A stretch of DNA of 61,435 nucleotides, the filler included, from Nemertoderma westbladi (Eukaryota; Animalia; Xenacoelomorpha): NCBI GenBank assembly GCA_032718475.1. It is 3 parts of 3 records of this genome, joined end to end, with 100 filler letters (N's around TTAATTAATTAA, not from the genome) between each part and the next. Parts side by side here need not be neighbours in the genome. Positions count along the whole stretch, not along the records: positions 1 to 21,700 come from JAUCBJ010002726.1; 2 more parts are not named here. One strand, given 5' to 3'. The position numbers and the translations under genes were made by a program. Shown here one piece after another: positions 1 to 11,949 of this stretch (position 1 is the stretch's first letter; every line of letters begins with the position of its first letter). The notes beneath the pieces were generated by a model that did not search any database, was not told the origin of the DNA, and was given only the letters and a program-made list of their open reading frames with translations.

Positions 1-1017
1 TTGCAATATTCGTTAAATACTCCGAAGTTTTGATTTCAACGCATTTCTTATGGGTTTTCTGGCCCCCCGCTTAATCGATTGAACGTAATATAGAAGTCTC
101 AATTCTTAGTGGTACATCATTTTTGGTGCATCAAAATTAGGGCGTGGCAAGTAGACTTCAAATTTTAAAAATTACGATATTCAGAAAACACACAAGGTTT
201 TCATTTCAACCTTTCAACCCATTTTCATAGGTTATCTGGACGCGCTGAATCGATTGAAAGTAATATTGAAGCTTCAAGTCTTACTGGTACGTCATTATTG
301 GTACACCACAATTAGAGCGTGGTACTTTTACAAAATTTAAATAAGTGCCACTCCCTAATTTGTGGGTGCACCAAAAATGGCCGAACCACTAAGTCTTCAG
401 GCTTCTATAATACTTTCAATTGATTCAGCGGTCCAGAAAACCTATAAATGTGCGTTGAAATCTCAACTTTGCTTTATTTTCCGAATCTCGTATTTTTCAA
501 TATTTGAAGTGCCACACCCGCATTTTGGTGCTCCAAAAAAGGACGATCCACTAAGTCTTCAGGGCTTCGATAATATTTTCAATCGATTCAGCGGTCCAGA
601 AAACCTATAAAAACGCGTTGAAATCAAAAGATTGGGGGCATTTTCCGAATAATTTTCCGAATAAAATTAGGTGCACGAAAAATAGCATCCAGTTCAATTT
701 TCGGAAATGGAATATAATCACATTCGATTCAGCGTAATGAAAAACCTACTAATGCTAGCCAACAATGGCACACTATCAGTTTGTTAGAATAAAAAAAATG
801 TATATTTTGTGCTGGGGCTACTTCTATTTTTCATGAAAATTATAATACCCACCTTATGAAATTTTCACTTTTTTGGATTGGCAAATGTTCTTCGATAATT
901 TTTTCACCTACAACTCAAATTTCGTAGGATTTTATTGGATGATTATAAAAATACAGCGGGGGGAATCGACCCCCCGCCAGTGCTGCTAATGGTCTAAACA
1001 CCCCAGTGGTAATAGGG
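1..1017. mobile_element. Right part of a non-autonomous piggyBac-like/foldback element with internal ~170-bp units arranged head-to-head
   Basis: Ends ...AATAGGG|TTAA (TTAA 1018-1021), i.e. TTAA-CCC on the - strand. Units at ~52-150 and ~229-325 recur inverted at ~346-460 and ~510-625. The left end lies outside the window. Confidence 0.55.
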
Positions 1018-1259
1018 TTAAGATTCAGTGGGCACTGCTGGCGAAGTAAAGACGAGGTCATACCAGATCTACTTTTCTGTCAACCATCACATGGAAAGTG
1101 TACCCGTGGACGACCGGCCATAACATACTTGACCAGACCAGCTTGAAAGGGATACTGAACTTGGGAGAAACGAAATTGTGACAACTATGAAGAATCGGGA
1201 GAGCCTGGAAGAATCTCTTTTCCACTGTCCGAGTTCGCTCAACCTAGTAGTAGTAGTAA
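1018..1259 (+). mobile_element. 3' end of an RTE-clade LINE with (TAG)n tail
   Basis: Near-identical to 10211-10447 (TTAAGATTCAGTGGG...TCCACTGTCCGAGTTCGCTC...TAGTAGTAG). Confidence 0.9.
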
Positions 1260-1645
1260 TCAACAAACATAATAGGATCGCTGATTCCTATTTTCTTGGC
1301 GGATAATATTATTACGGCGACTTCTTGTCTCCGTTGAAACTGGGCTCCGAATTTTCGGGATGAAGATTTATTTACCTAGCTGTAACATCCAGTATGCAAT
1401 GACTGAAATATCACACTTTCTCACTCTCAAATACTTAAAGGATATTGAAAAGAAAATAATGTTGTGATTACATCTTTCTTTATCCACGACACTTGCCCTA
1501 ACTTTTGTCGGGGGGGACATTAACCTACGATGTCCTCTCCAATCCACGAGTATTTTTTAACCGGTTTCACTCCACTATGGAGATCTTTATCGAAGAAGGA
1601 TTCCCCGAAGGACCGGTGTTTCATTCGAAGTTAAACACTCGTAAT

Positions 1646-1905
1646 GAATGGGAGAATCTTTTAGGCTCGTTAAGCCAAGGAATGCCTGTTCACCACCATG
1701 GGTGATCTTCCACAGTAAACCCTTCCACTCTGTTTCCCAAGTTGCCTTGGTTCCCATTTATCGACCACTGAAGGATGAAAGCCGGGGTTGGGTTAGGCTG
1801 CAGCATTTAAAGACTGTGCCCAAACAGTGCTGCCCCATCTAGGGATCGAACCCGGGTCCCCTAATCGGAAGCACAGTAATGTCACCACTTAGACCAAGCT
1901 GCTGC
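1646..1905 (-). mobile_element. tRNA-derived SINE, full length, with target-site duplication
   Basis: On the - strand: A box TGGTCTAAGTGG (1885-1896), B box GGTTCGATCCC (1842-1852), and a central GCTTTCATCCTTCAGTGGTCGATAAATGGGAACC motif resembling conserved metazoan SINE cores. Flanked by ACTCGTAAT at 1637-1645 and 1906-1914. Confidence 0.8.
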
Positions 1906-4069
1906 ACTCGTAATCACTCGTATTATAATCCCAATCGTTGCAGTTTGAAAAAACTGGGGTCTCCAATGGATTAAATATAGTTATAAAAATAATTTTATAT
2001 ATTATTAATATTAGTAATTTTTAATATTTCAATACTTATTCGTGGTCATGGTTTTGTATAAAAATTTACATATCTGATTTACCAAATGGTGATGATAATA
2101 TGAATGGATATATTATACTAATTACTAATTTGAAACCAATTATTATTATAGTAGTGCTGTAAATGAAATAATTGTATGAAATAATTATAATAATTCTCGC
2201 TTTTTGTTTACACATTGCTGGGGCAACAAACAGTATTAGGACCCCCTAGAACCATATAACCATTAGAACCATATAACACTTAATTTACACATTGCTGGGG
2301 CAACAAACCAGTATTATATCCGTATAATCCTGGTTTTCGAGGTAATATACTCCAAACATGAATTTATTCAAGATTGTGAATTATTATGAGATTATATTAG
2401 CTATTAATCGATTCTACTAAAAAACTATATTATTTAAAGTGCTGCTACGCAATGTTACAACTGCGATGGAAGTAGCTAAATTTAATCTTCACGTTTTGTG
2501 CTGATTTTGAGAGACTAGCCTACCTTAATGGATTTCAAATTCACTCCATAATGATTTCCTTATGTCAGTTTCTTATCAGCCTGAGTGGATTTGCCCAATA
2601 ATCAAGTAGTACAAAGCTTTCGTAAAAATGCAAAATTAAAATCAGTAAGGAAAAGAAATTGAGATGCATTACTGTATTCCAAAATAAAAAAAATTCAAAT
2701 TAATATTACTTTATACTGTATCCTGGGAGAGAGGTGAACTGTAGCCTTGGAGGCGGACAACAATAATGGTTGGAAGATAACCTCTCGTTAAGTCTGTAAG
2801 GGGCTTTTTGAGTCGAAACTTCAAAGATGAAACTCTGTAATAATATGATATGTGGAATCAACCGACAGGCGCGCGTGTGGTTGAGCATCGAACATAAAAT
2901 TACGAACCAAATCCGTTACATCAACTTGGAAATTATACAAATTTTGTTAACAACTTGGAAGTTTTGGATTGATTTGCAAAGTAGGCCTACTTAAAAAAGT
3001 TAGTCAGAATAGTTTATCAAGTTTTTTCAAGTTATCAAAGTTTTTCAAGCGGGCTACTTGGAAAAAACCGGGAAATATAAATTGTTCCGGTAACGAGAAT
3101 GATTTCCACGGTTTCCATCATAAACTGTAAATAATACTGAGGCGCCAGTTGCCAGCACCTATATCATTTACTATCGTGCACCAAGAGTGTTTCGCCAGCG
3201 CAACTAGCTTTAAACTAAATTATTATTGGACTTGCAATTATTGCTGGGGGGGGGGGGGGGGGGGGGGGGGTGGGTGGGTTCGGGGTTAATTCAAATATTA
3301 TCCTTTACACATTTTTTATTTTGTACATATTTTTTATTTATATAAATTATTATTCATTTTTTTTTTCGATTTTTGTTATAGATGTTATTTGACATTGTTA
3401 TTTGTTATTCGACCATATTGTTATTAGTTAATGAATTTTATATGCTATTGTGTTTATTTTTGACGATATATATTCTATAACTGAAAGGCATTTTTTCTTT
3501 GACAAATATTATGTTATTTATTTATTTTGTTTTTCTGATATATCTAATGATATATATCTATTACTTAAGAGAGTGACTGAAAAAAAATATATGGCGGTGA
3601 ATCGATTCAAGGTAGTCCCTAAGAAAAATAAAGTTGAAAATAAAGAAGTATAAGAATAATATAATATCAAAGAAAAAGTGCCTTTGAGTAGTATCCCATA
3701 GCATAGCACATTAATTATGGCAGTGATTTTTTATGTCCTTTTATTTGACTTTTTTGTCCTTTTTTTTACGAATTATGCATAATGACTTTTGTTGTCCTTT
3801 TTATGACTTTTATTGTCCTTTTAATGACTTTTTATGTATGTATTTCTTCAAACTGTCAGACTGCTGATTTCTGGACTGTCAGACAGTTGATTTCACTATG
3901 CCTGTGCCAAAACATTCCATGATTCCATGATTTATAGACTATGAGATAGATTTCCATATGCGCCTGTGGTAAAAAGACTCTATATTTAATAGTTTGTGGT
4001 TGTTGTCGATAATCGATTACCACATGACGTAGCAAAACACTCATTTTATAGCCAAAAACAATTACCAAT

Positions 4070-4965
4070 TGATGGAAAGGAGCAGGTTAAGGCCGAGTTT
4101 TCTAACCAAAACAATAAACAGTAACTTTACCAAATCAGGGAAAGGAGCAGGTTACAGAGACGGGATTTTCTAACCAAAACAATAAACGATCACTTAACTA
4201 ATTGAGGGAAAGGAGCAGGTTACAGAGGCGGGATTTTCTAACCAAAACAATAAACGATCACTTAACTTATTGAGGGAAAGGAGCAGGTTACAGAGGCGGG
4301 ATTTTCTAACCAAAACAATAAACGATCATTTAACTAATTGAGGGAAAGGGACAGGTTACAGAGGCGGAATTTTCTAACCAAAACAATAAACGATCACTTA
4401 ACTAATTGAGGGAAAGGAGCAGGTTACAGAGGCGGGATTTTCTAACCAAAACAATAAACGATCATTTAACTAATTGAGGGAAAGGCGCAGGTTACAGAGG
4501 CGGGCCTTTCTAACCAAAACAATAAACGGTCACTTTACCAATTCAGGGAAAGGAGCAGGTTACAGAGGCGGGATTTTCTAACCAAAACAATAAACGATCA
4601 TTTAACTAATTGTGGGAAAGGGGCAGTTTACAGAGGCAGGATTTTCTAACCAAAACAATAAACGATCATTTAACTAATTTAGGGAAAGGAGCAGGTTACA
4701 GAGACGGGATTTTCTAACCAAAACAATAAACGATAACATAACCAATTGAGAGAAAGGAGCAGGTTACAGAGGCGGGATTTTCTAACCAAAACAATAAACG
4801 ATAACATTAGCAATTGAGGGAAAGGAGCAGGTTACAGAGGCGGGATTTTCTAACCAAAACAATAAACGATCACTTAACTAATTGAGGGAAAGGAGCAGGT
4901 TAAGGCCGGATTTTCTAACCAAAGCAATAAACAGTCACTTTACCAAATCAGGGAAAGGAGCAGCT
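4070..4965 (+). repeat. 68-bp tandem repeat, ~13 copies (GAGGGAAAGGAGCAGGTTACAGAGGCGGGATTTTCTAACCAAAACAATAAACGATCACTTAACTAATT)
   Basis: Period read directly (GAGGGAAAGG at 4204 and 4272). The same family occurs inverted at 59160-59500. Confidence 0.95.
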
Positions 4966-6298
4966 TATCCGTAACACTACTCAGACAGTAGTCATGATCC
5001 ATTATTGACTAATTATTATAAAACTAATACAGTAATAGGCCTAAATTATGTGAAAGGTATATCCACATTTTCCACAATCCTGCAATCCAGTTTGGCCTAT
5101 CAATTATTTAAAATTTATTAGCACAACCGGTAGGCCTACCATTACCGTATTTAAATGGTAGGCTACACAGTAGGCCTATAGCAGTGCCGGTGCCGGTACC
5201 GGTACTAAAATACAGAAATACCTGCTTTATACCTACATCTGTACATACAATACAGCAAAATAGTGCTATATATACTAATACCGGTACTGATAGCCTGAGA
5301 GAACAGCAGTAGAGAAACCGGTAGCATGGAACCTAACATTAGACTTTTGGAGGACATAAAAAATAAAAAAAAAGGACAATAAAAGGATTTAAACGGACAA
5401 TAAAAATTATTGCGATTAATTATGAATGAAAAAAAAAAGAAAAACAAATTTATTTATTTGTTTATTTATTTTAAATAAATATATCAACTATGAAATTCAT
5501 ATTAATATTTATAGTTAACATTATCCATGTGATTTTGCGTATCTATTACAATATAAGCAATATTTTAAATAATATAATAATATACAGTACATCATTGCTA
5601 CAGTATAATTAAGATTTAAATTAAAATTTCCTCCGCTTGGGGGTGTATCTCTCTATATTAAAAGAAACATAATTATGTTGTCTCATTGAAGGGTTGCAAC
5701 GGATATGTTCCGTTCTGATGCTTTTATTCTTTGATGCGCGTCATGCACTGCCAGAAGAGCCAAATCCGGAATGTAAGTGGCCCACAACGGACTTTGTTGA
5801 TAAAGAAATTATTATATTCTGTTTTTGCACTGAAATTTCGAGGCACATCCAGTTGATGTCGTGAAATTTGTGGTGCATTAGGTTTATGCAGTGACATTTC
5901 GTGGCCATTAAATTGTGATGTGATATTTCGCGGAATTTTGAGTTTATGCCGTGAAATTTCACTGGTCATATGTATACTAATACTGGCGGCATGCTTCATA
6001 GCAGCTCCACCATCCTTGCTTATTAACGCCATGATGCTGCTAAATCACAATATAATGCACTAGCGAATACGGCGAAAGCAATGTCCTACAAAGCGGAGGC
6101 TGCACTGTTCCATAGTAAAACTTGGGTGGACTAATAAGACACTTCCAATGTTGTATATATTCTGATTGGGAGATATGTTCATTGTACTTGACACAATGAA
6201 CCCAGCATAGTTTTGTGTATGTGCCATCCAGATATTTGAAATCCTCAGCAGTTAGGGCCCAGCAGGAACTACCATTTCTTCTTCTGCCTTAAATAGTC

Positions 6299-6597
6299 GA
6301 TGTAATATTATGGTTTTTTCAGAAATGGAAAAAATGAGAAAGCGCGTCACCAGGGGTTGAACCAGCGCTATACGTACGTTTCAGCCTGTCAATTAGAGAT
6401 AGGATAAGCAACTTTTAAGACTGCCTGTTTAATAGAAGTGGATTAGGTGGGAGAGTGAATGTCAGAGGCAAGTGGCTGAACTGGTTAGCGCTACTGATGA
6501 GGCCTGATAGGATGAAACGTACGTATAGCATTGGTTCAACCCCCGGTGACGCGCTTTCTCATTTTTTCAATTTCTGAAAAAATCATAATAATACATC
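6299..6597. mobile_element. Penelope-like element terminal-repeat relic with ~93-bp inverted arms
   Basis: 6299-6391 is the reverse complement of 6505-6597 with few mismatches. It overlaps a hammerhead motif. An upstream TSNVVYILI peptide (6141-6167, +) resembles the start of a PLE GIY-YIG domain. Confidence 0.65.
6486..6533 (+). ncRNA. Minimal type I hammerhead ribozyme (PLE type)
   Basis: Stem I (T)AGCGCTA; core CTGATGA 6494-6500; stem II GGCCT-GAT-AGGAT; GAAA 6514-6517; palindromic stem III CGTACG; GTA cleavage triplet 6523-6525; then TAGCA. The inverted copy reads AGGCT-GAAACGTACGTA-TAGCGCT, which restores better stems. Confidence 0.8.
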
Positions 6598-6632
6598 TTT
6601 AATTACAATTGCATTAATAGCTCAACTCCAAT

Positions 6633-6900
6633 TCATTTATTAAATAATAAAAGCTTTATTTTCAGTTTTATTTTATGGGACATACAAATCCTGGGCAGAC
6701 GATACAATGCTGCCCATGCCTTCCCCTTATGTGGCCGAATATCTTCACGTGACTTCGGGATCAATGATCCCATGCAGGTGAAGTCATCCACATGCTCAAG
6801 CAAGCCATCCTCGGAGCTTTTGATAATACGATCAGACATTTCCTGAGGGCCTTCAGAATGCACTTTCAAAATTTTGGTCTTCTTGGTCTTGAACTTAATG
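6633..6900 (-). mobile_element. Decayed RTE-clade LINE RT C-terminal fragment
   Basis: EHVDDFTCMGSLI...DIRPHKGKAWAAL parallels KVDDFQYLGSWI...DIEVRKAKVWVAL of the RTE at 9387-10103. Confidence 0.7.
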
Positions 6901-8500
6901 GCAATGATATCATCTTCGGATTCTATGTTACTGTAGTATAGTTTTCTAAAATTGATTTCCTCACTAGTCGGGCTGTTCCATCTGCACTGCACCTCTTTTT
7001 CTATTGGGATTTCTCATTAGATAACTGATTAGGAAATCGCTGCATATGGTATCTTCATATCGCTCGTTTATATATTTTAAATATGTAAAGGCCATCACAC
7101 CACTGTTTCTGTATAGCACAGATATCAAGTTCTGGTAGCCTTTTTCAATATAGTCGAGATTACCCATACCCATTATCCATACAACTAAAGGTTCCAATAT
7201 TTAAATTCATTACATTGACTGCAGATACGTTTCATATTTTTTAATAGTTTATGCCATTTCCACTACTGCCACAGCCTTCTTCCTCTTGTTTGTTTATGTT
7301 AAATATAATGTTTACGATATGCTTCGTTTATTTGACTGTGTGATTATGAACTGAGCGTCTATGTTTGTCATTTTGCCATTGCTTGCTATTGGTCATCATT
7401 TGCTGTGGAGATATGATTTTTCTATGAAAGTGCTATTCTCTGCAGGTTATTCCCACAGGCCACAAATTTGCTGATAAGACACAGTCTAGGTTGTCTCTTT
7501 CATTCCAACTTTCATATTTTTTGAATCATTATGGATTTTGTAGAGAATGTAGTTATCCGATCAACCTTTAAGGTATGCAGTTATGTTATCTTCTGTATTA
7601 TTACAAGACTAGCTGCAGGGCTACAGCTAGTAGCATGTGATCACACTAAAAACAATATGTGACATTTAATATTTGGAAATCGCAAATTTTTCTAAATTGT
7701 CAATAGAAAAGAAAATGAAAAGAAAATCATTAATTATTATGCACATTTAGAAGCAGGAAAATAATATTTAACCATGTTTATATAGTTGTTGCTACTTTGT
7801 ATGTAATAAATCATAACCATAATGTAGTTAACTTGTCAGTACTCTTTATACATACAAATTTGAACACTATTATACTGTAATAATGTTTATAGAAGAAGTT
7901 CAGGAATCACAACATTGGTGACTATTGTGTTGCCGTTTGGGGTAAAAATTCTGAGACCATTGAATGTTGTACACTGGCTCAGCTCTACATATAACTGGCC
8001 GTGGCTAAATACATCTTCTTCTAAATAAACTCCAACCATCTTGAAAGTTTGCCCTTGTGACTTGTTTATCGTAAGAGCGTAAGCAAATCGCAGTGGATAT
8101 TGTCTGCGTTGAAGCGGTATAGTATTTCGCTCATCTGATGTGGTTAAAGATATGGAATCATTACATTCTTGTTATAAGTCGATGCTGAATCACATGCTTT
8201 CCTAACAAAACGACAACCATACGAGTCCCATTGCACAGTCCCTCCATCAGAAGTATGTTACGCAGCAACATGACAAATGATCCGATTTTAAGGATAAGTT
8301 CATGTGGAGGCATTCCAGGTGGAGTTAGCGAGTTGAGAAATTCAGCAGGGAATACTTCCCCTTCCGGTGCGTAAGTCTGTGATTCTGTTTTAAGTCGACC
8401 AAGAGCTGCTGCATTTATAGCATTGATGTTATTATTTCTGGTTGCGAGGCAACATCGTTCTGATAGAACGTCGTCACTTTCAGCTAGTTGTGGTCCCAAA

Positions 8501-10447
8501 TGCTCAAATTGGCCCAGAAGACATCAAGGGTTACACATATAACACCAGTTCTAGTATAAATGGATACTTACTTTTAGACCTAATGGAAGAATGTGAATTG
8601 ATACCAACAAACAACACATTCGAAAAGAGTAAGGGGAAGCTATGGTGTTACAATACCATCCTTATAAACAAAAAGTGGAGTAACAGCATGATCAAGTGCG
8701 AGGCATACAGCTCGTTCAACTGAATTGGCAAACTGTGAATGAGGTATCTGGTCGGAAAAGTTGTGCAAAAGGGCGCCTCAAAGCCGATAGTCCCGAAGAA
8801 CGTGTGGGGAAGTGGAAAAATCACTTCAGCAACTTGCTTGGGCAGCCACCATACATCGAAGTTAGCCCTACAAGGAAAATATATATGACAAGACACTACC
8901 TATAGAGACAGGGGACTTCACACCTGCCGCACTCAAAAGAAGCATTAAAAGCATGTCCAATAATAAAGCGAGTGGATTAGATGAAATCCCAGCGGATGTA
9001 TGGAAAACCGGAGTGCTAAACAGACCATTATTGAATGTTTGCAACTGGATGTTAAAACGGGAAAAGCCTCCACCAATTTGGACTAAAGGTCAACTAAAGC
9101 CTCTCCCCAAGAAAGGAGACCTCGGTATACCAACAAACTATCGTGGGATCTGTCTGCTTGTGGTAGCTGCCAAAATATACAATAAAATGATTCTACATAG
9201 GATTAGGCCTCACATAGAGAAACTACTGCGTAAGAGCCAAAACGGATTTCGACCAAGTAGATTAACAATAGCTCAGATACTTGCTCTACGGAGACTGATT
9301 GAAGGAATTAAGTCAAAGAATGACTTTTGTGGACTTCAAGAAGGCATTCGACTCCATCCATAGAGGTAAATGCTTGAAATCCTAAATTGTTCTTTGTCGC
9401 TGGCATTGGATTATTATATTGTGACATAGAAGCGCAGGTACTCTCACCAGATGGTGAAACTGAGTTTTTTACAATCCTGGCTGGCGTACTGCAAGGTGAC
9501 ACATTAGCACCATTACTATTTGTAATTGTACTGGATTACGCAATGAGGACGGCCATAAAGGGTGAAGATCTGGCATTCACACTTCAAGAATGCAGAAGTA
9601 GTAGATATCCGGCAACTACAGTCACAGACACCGACTTCGCAGATGACATCGCCCTGCTCTCTAATACGCTAGCAGATACACAGCTTCTACTAAATAAAGT
9701 GGAGAGGGCTGCTAAGGAGGTTGGATTGCATATAAATGCCACCAAGACCGAATTCATGAGTTTTAATGTTGATGGAAACTTGACAACCATTGATAATAAT
9801 CAACAAAGGAAGGTTGACGACTTCCAGTACCTAGGATCATGGATAGAGAGTAGCAAAAAGGACATAGAAGTTAGGAAAGCAAAGGTTTGGGTAGCTCTCT
9901 CAAAAATGGATACCATCTGGAAATCAGATCTCTCCAGGCACCTGAAGACTAAGTTCTTTCGAGCCACAGTGGGAAGTGTATTTGTATACGGGGGTGAGAC
10001 CTGGACACTGACTAAATCACTTGAACAACGAATTGATGGTTGCTACACAAGACTACTAATAAGGAATGATCTCGCCCTAATAAGACTACTAATACTACCA
10101 TAATAAGACTACTAAGGGCAGCCCTAAACATCAGCCCTAGACAACACATGACAAAAGCCGAGCTTTTTGGTACAATACCACCTGTATCAGCCACCCTCCG
10201 TGAACGCAGATTAAGATTCAGTGGGTACTGCTGGCGAAGTAAAGACGAGGTCATACCAGATCTACTTTTCTGGCAACCAACTAATCGGAAAGCGTAGTCG
10301 TGGACGACCGGCCATAACATATATAGATCAACTTGAAAGGGATACTGAACTTGGGAGAAACGAAATTGCGATAACTATGGAGAATCGGGAAGCGTGGAAG
10401 GGTCTCATTTCCACTGTCCGAGTTCGCTCGACTTAGTAGTAGTAGTA
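8501..10447 (+). mobile_element. 5'-truncated, frameshifted RTE-clade LINE (RT) with (TAG)n tail and 11-bp TSD
   Basis: RT motifs KASGLDEIP, PLPKKGD..NYRGI, QNGFR, GVLQGDTLAPLLF, DFADD, YLGS. C-terminal RGRP; TAGTAG tail. GTGGTCCCAAA at 8490-8500 and 10448-10458. Confidence 0.93.
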
Positions 10448-10691
10448 GTGGTCCCAAAAACAAGATCTAGTAGCTTATCAATTGAAGCAACTTCTACAAT
10501 ATTTTGAGGAAGAACAACTTTACCATTTGAAACAGTTTCATCCGATGTCAAGTGGAAACTTTGCGAATTCATCTTCGTTGGTGCGCATATTCTTGGTTAG
10601 AGTAGAGTTATTTTTTTGAATAATCTCCACAACGGATACGTTTTAACCGATATGTTGACAGTTTCCATTCTGCTTCAATTTTTCACCACTG

Positions 10692-11568
10692 CACAGTGGG
10701 CCAGAAACCCTGTTTTGCGGCCAAAATTCCTTATTTCGAAAAATATTCATAGTTTGGGCATCTATGGCCATTTGTTTTATATCCCAGCTTAGAGAGCTGA
10801 TTAAATTTTCAGCCAATCACTGATCACAAATAACAACTAAGCTGAAGTAGAATTCCATTAGTAAGTGCATTGATGATGTACTTGTTGTATGTATTGATGT
10901 ATCTTAATTGTATTGATGTTACTTGTATCATTATAACCATCAGTGATCATGGTCAATAAAGTATTCAGACTAGTGATGGGAATTCGATGTGTTATTGCAT
11001 TAATAAGACTAAATGTATGCAATAATAATAGAAAAATGTTGAAAACTGGAATTTTTGAATTGCTCCTTATGCGAAGGGGTGCAAGTAGGTGCAAATTTTT
11101 TTTTCATATTTATGATGTATGAAGGTTGTATTTGAATGTCTGATAATGTTTTTCAGTGCGGTCGGATTAGTTCGAAAAGTCTGGCTTCCCTAATAACGAA
11201 AAATGAAATATTTTTTGAAAAAAATGTTTAAATGAAACTTGGAGCATGAAGACAACACTGGGTGCCTCTAAAAACCATATAATTGGAATCAGCTCGCCAT
11301 GGAGAACATTTTTTAAAAAAAAATTTCCTATGTAGTCCAATTTTTAAAAAATTACGTTTTTTTGGAAATTTTTTCTAAAAACTGAAATTTTGAGTGAAAA
11401 ATAGAACATTTTTAATTTTTCACCTCAGAAAAAAATGTTGGCAAAAATTTTCGGAAAAAAAAATATTTTTTCTTAGGTTTCGAAATATGGGCTACAAGAT
11501 AGGATATGTTTCAAACCACTAAAACAAACTTCATTTTAGGGTATTTTGGCCACCCCTGGCCCACTGTG
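10692..11568. mobile_element. Non-autonomous Transib/RAG-like DNA transposon (877 bp)
   Basis: 13-bp TIR CACAGTGGGCCAG (10692-10704) / CTGGCCCACTGTG (11556-11568). 5-bp TSD CACTG (10687-10691, 11569-11573). Removing it rejoins the Helitron helicase frame (QTPPV|VKN). Confidence 0.88.
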
Positions 11569-11949
11569 CACTGGCGGTGTCTGTCTGAAATCGCCACCAA
11601 GAATAACAATTTTACCACCGAATGTTGTGTTAATTCCAGTAATATCTCTCAATAGTCTATCTACAGAATTTAACACATTCTTTGGAACCATGGATGCTTC
11701 ATCCCAAATTATAACGTCTGTTTCCATCAGTTGCTTTGGTGTGATGATAAATATTACATGTAGATGATGGAGAAAGGGCTGGTATTGGAATTTTAAATCG
11801 TGAATGGGCAGTTGTTCCAGTTGGCAGTAGGATACTGGCTATGCCTGTATATGCCACACAGGTAATGCGAAGACCTAGTTGTAACAAAAGGTGGTTTATG
11901 TGAAATTATTTGACCATAATTATATATAATATATATATTATTATATTAA

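Larger units (their letters stand above)
7609..11900 (-). mobile_element. Decayed Helitron RepHel PIF1-helicase region in three pieces (11574-11900, 10459-10691, 7887-8500), interrupted by two insertions
   Basis: PIF1 motifs appear in order once the insertions are removed: VAYTGIASILL..GTTAHSRFKIP, IIWDEASM, FGGKIVILGGDFRQTPPV, TKNMR, PPHELILKIG..VMLLRN..GLCNGTR, QYPLRFAYALTINKSQGQT, VFSHGQLYV, then a stop at 7887-7889. Candidate 3' end is a hairpin plus CTAG|T at 7609-7631. Confidence 0.85.

Noticed and set aside
1830-1905. tRNA gene on the - strand
   Set aside because: It continues into a SINE body flanked by a TSD, and the acceptor stem does not close properly.
4070-4965. Tandem arrays as CRISPR-like loci (also 27357-29096, 40718-41395, 48335-49588)
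   Set aside because: Units are contiguous with no unique spacers, no cas genes are present, and the context is eukaryotic.
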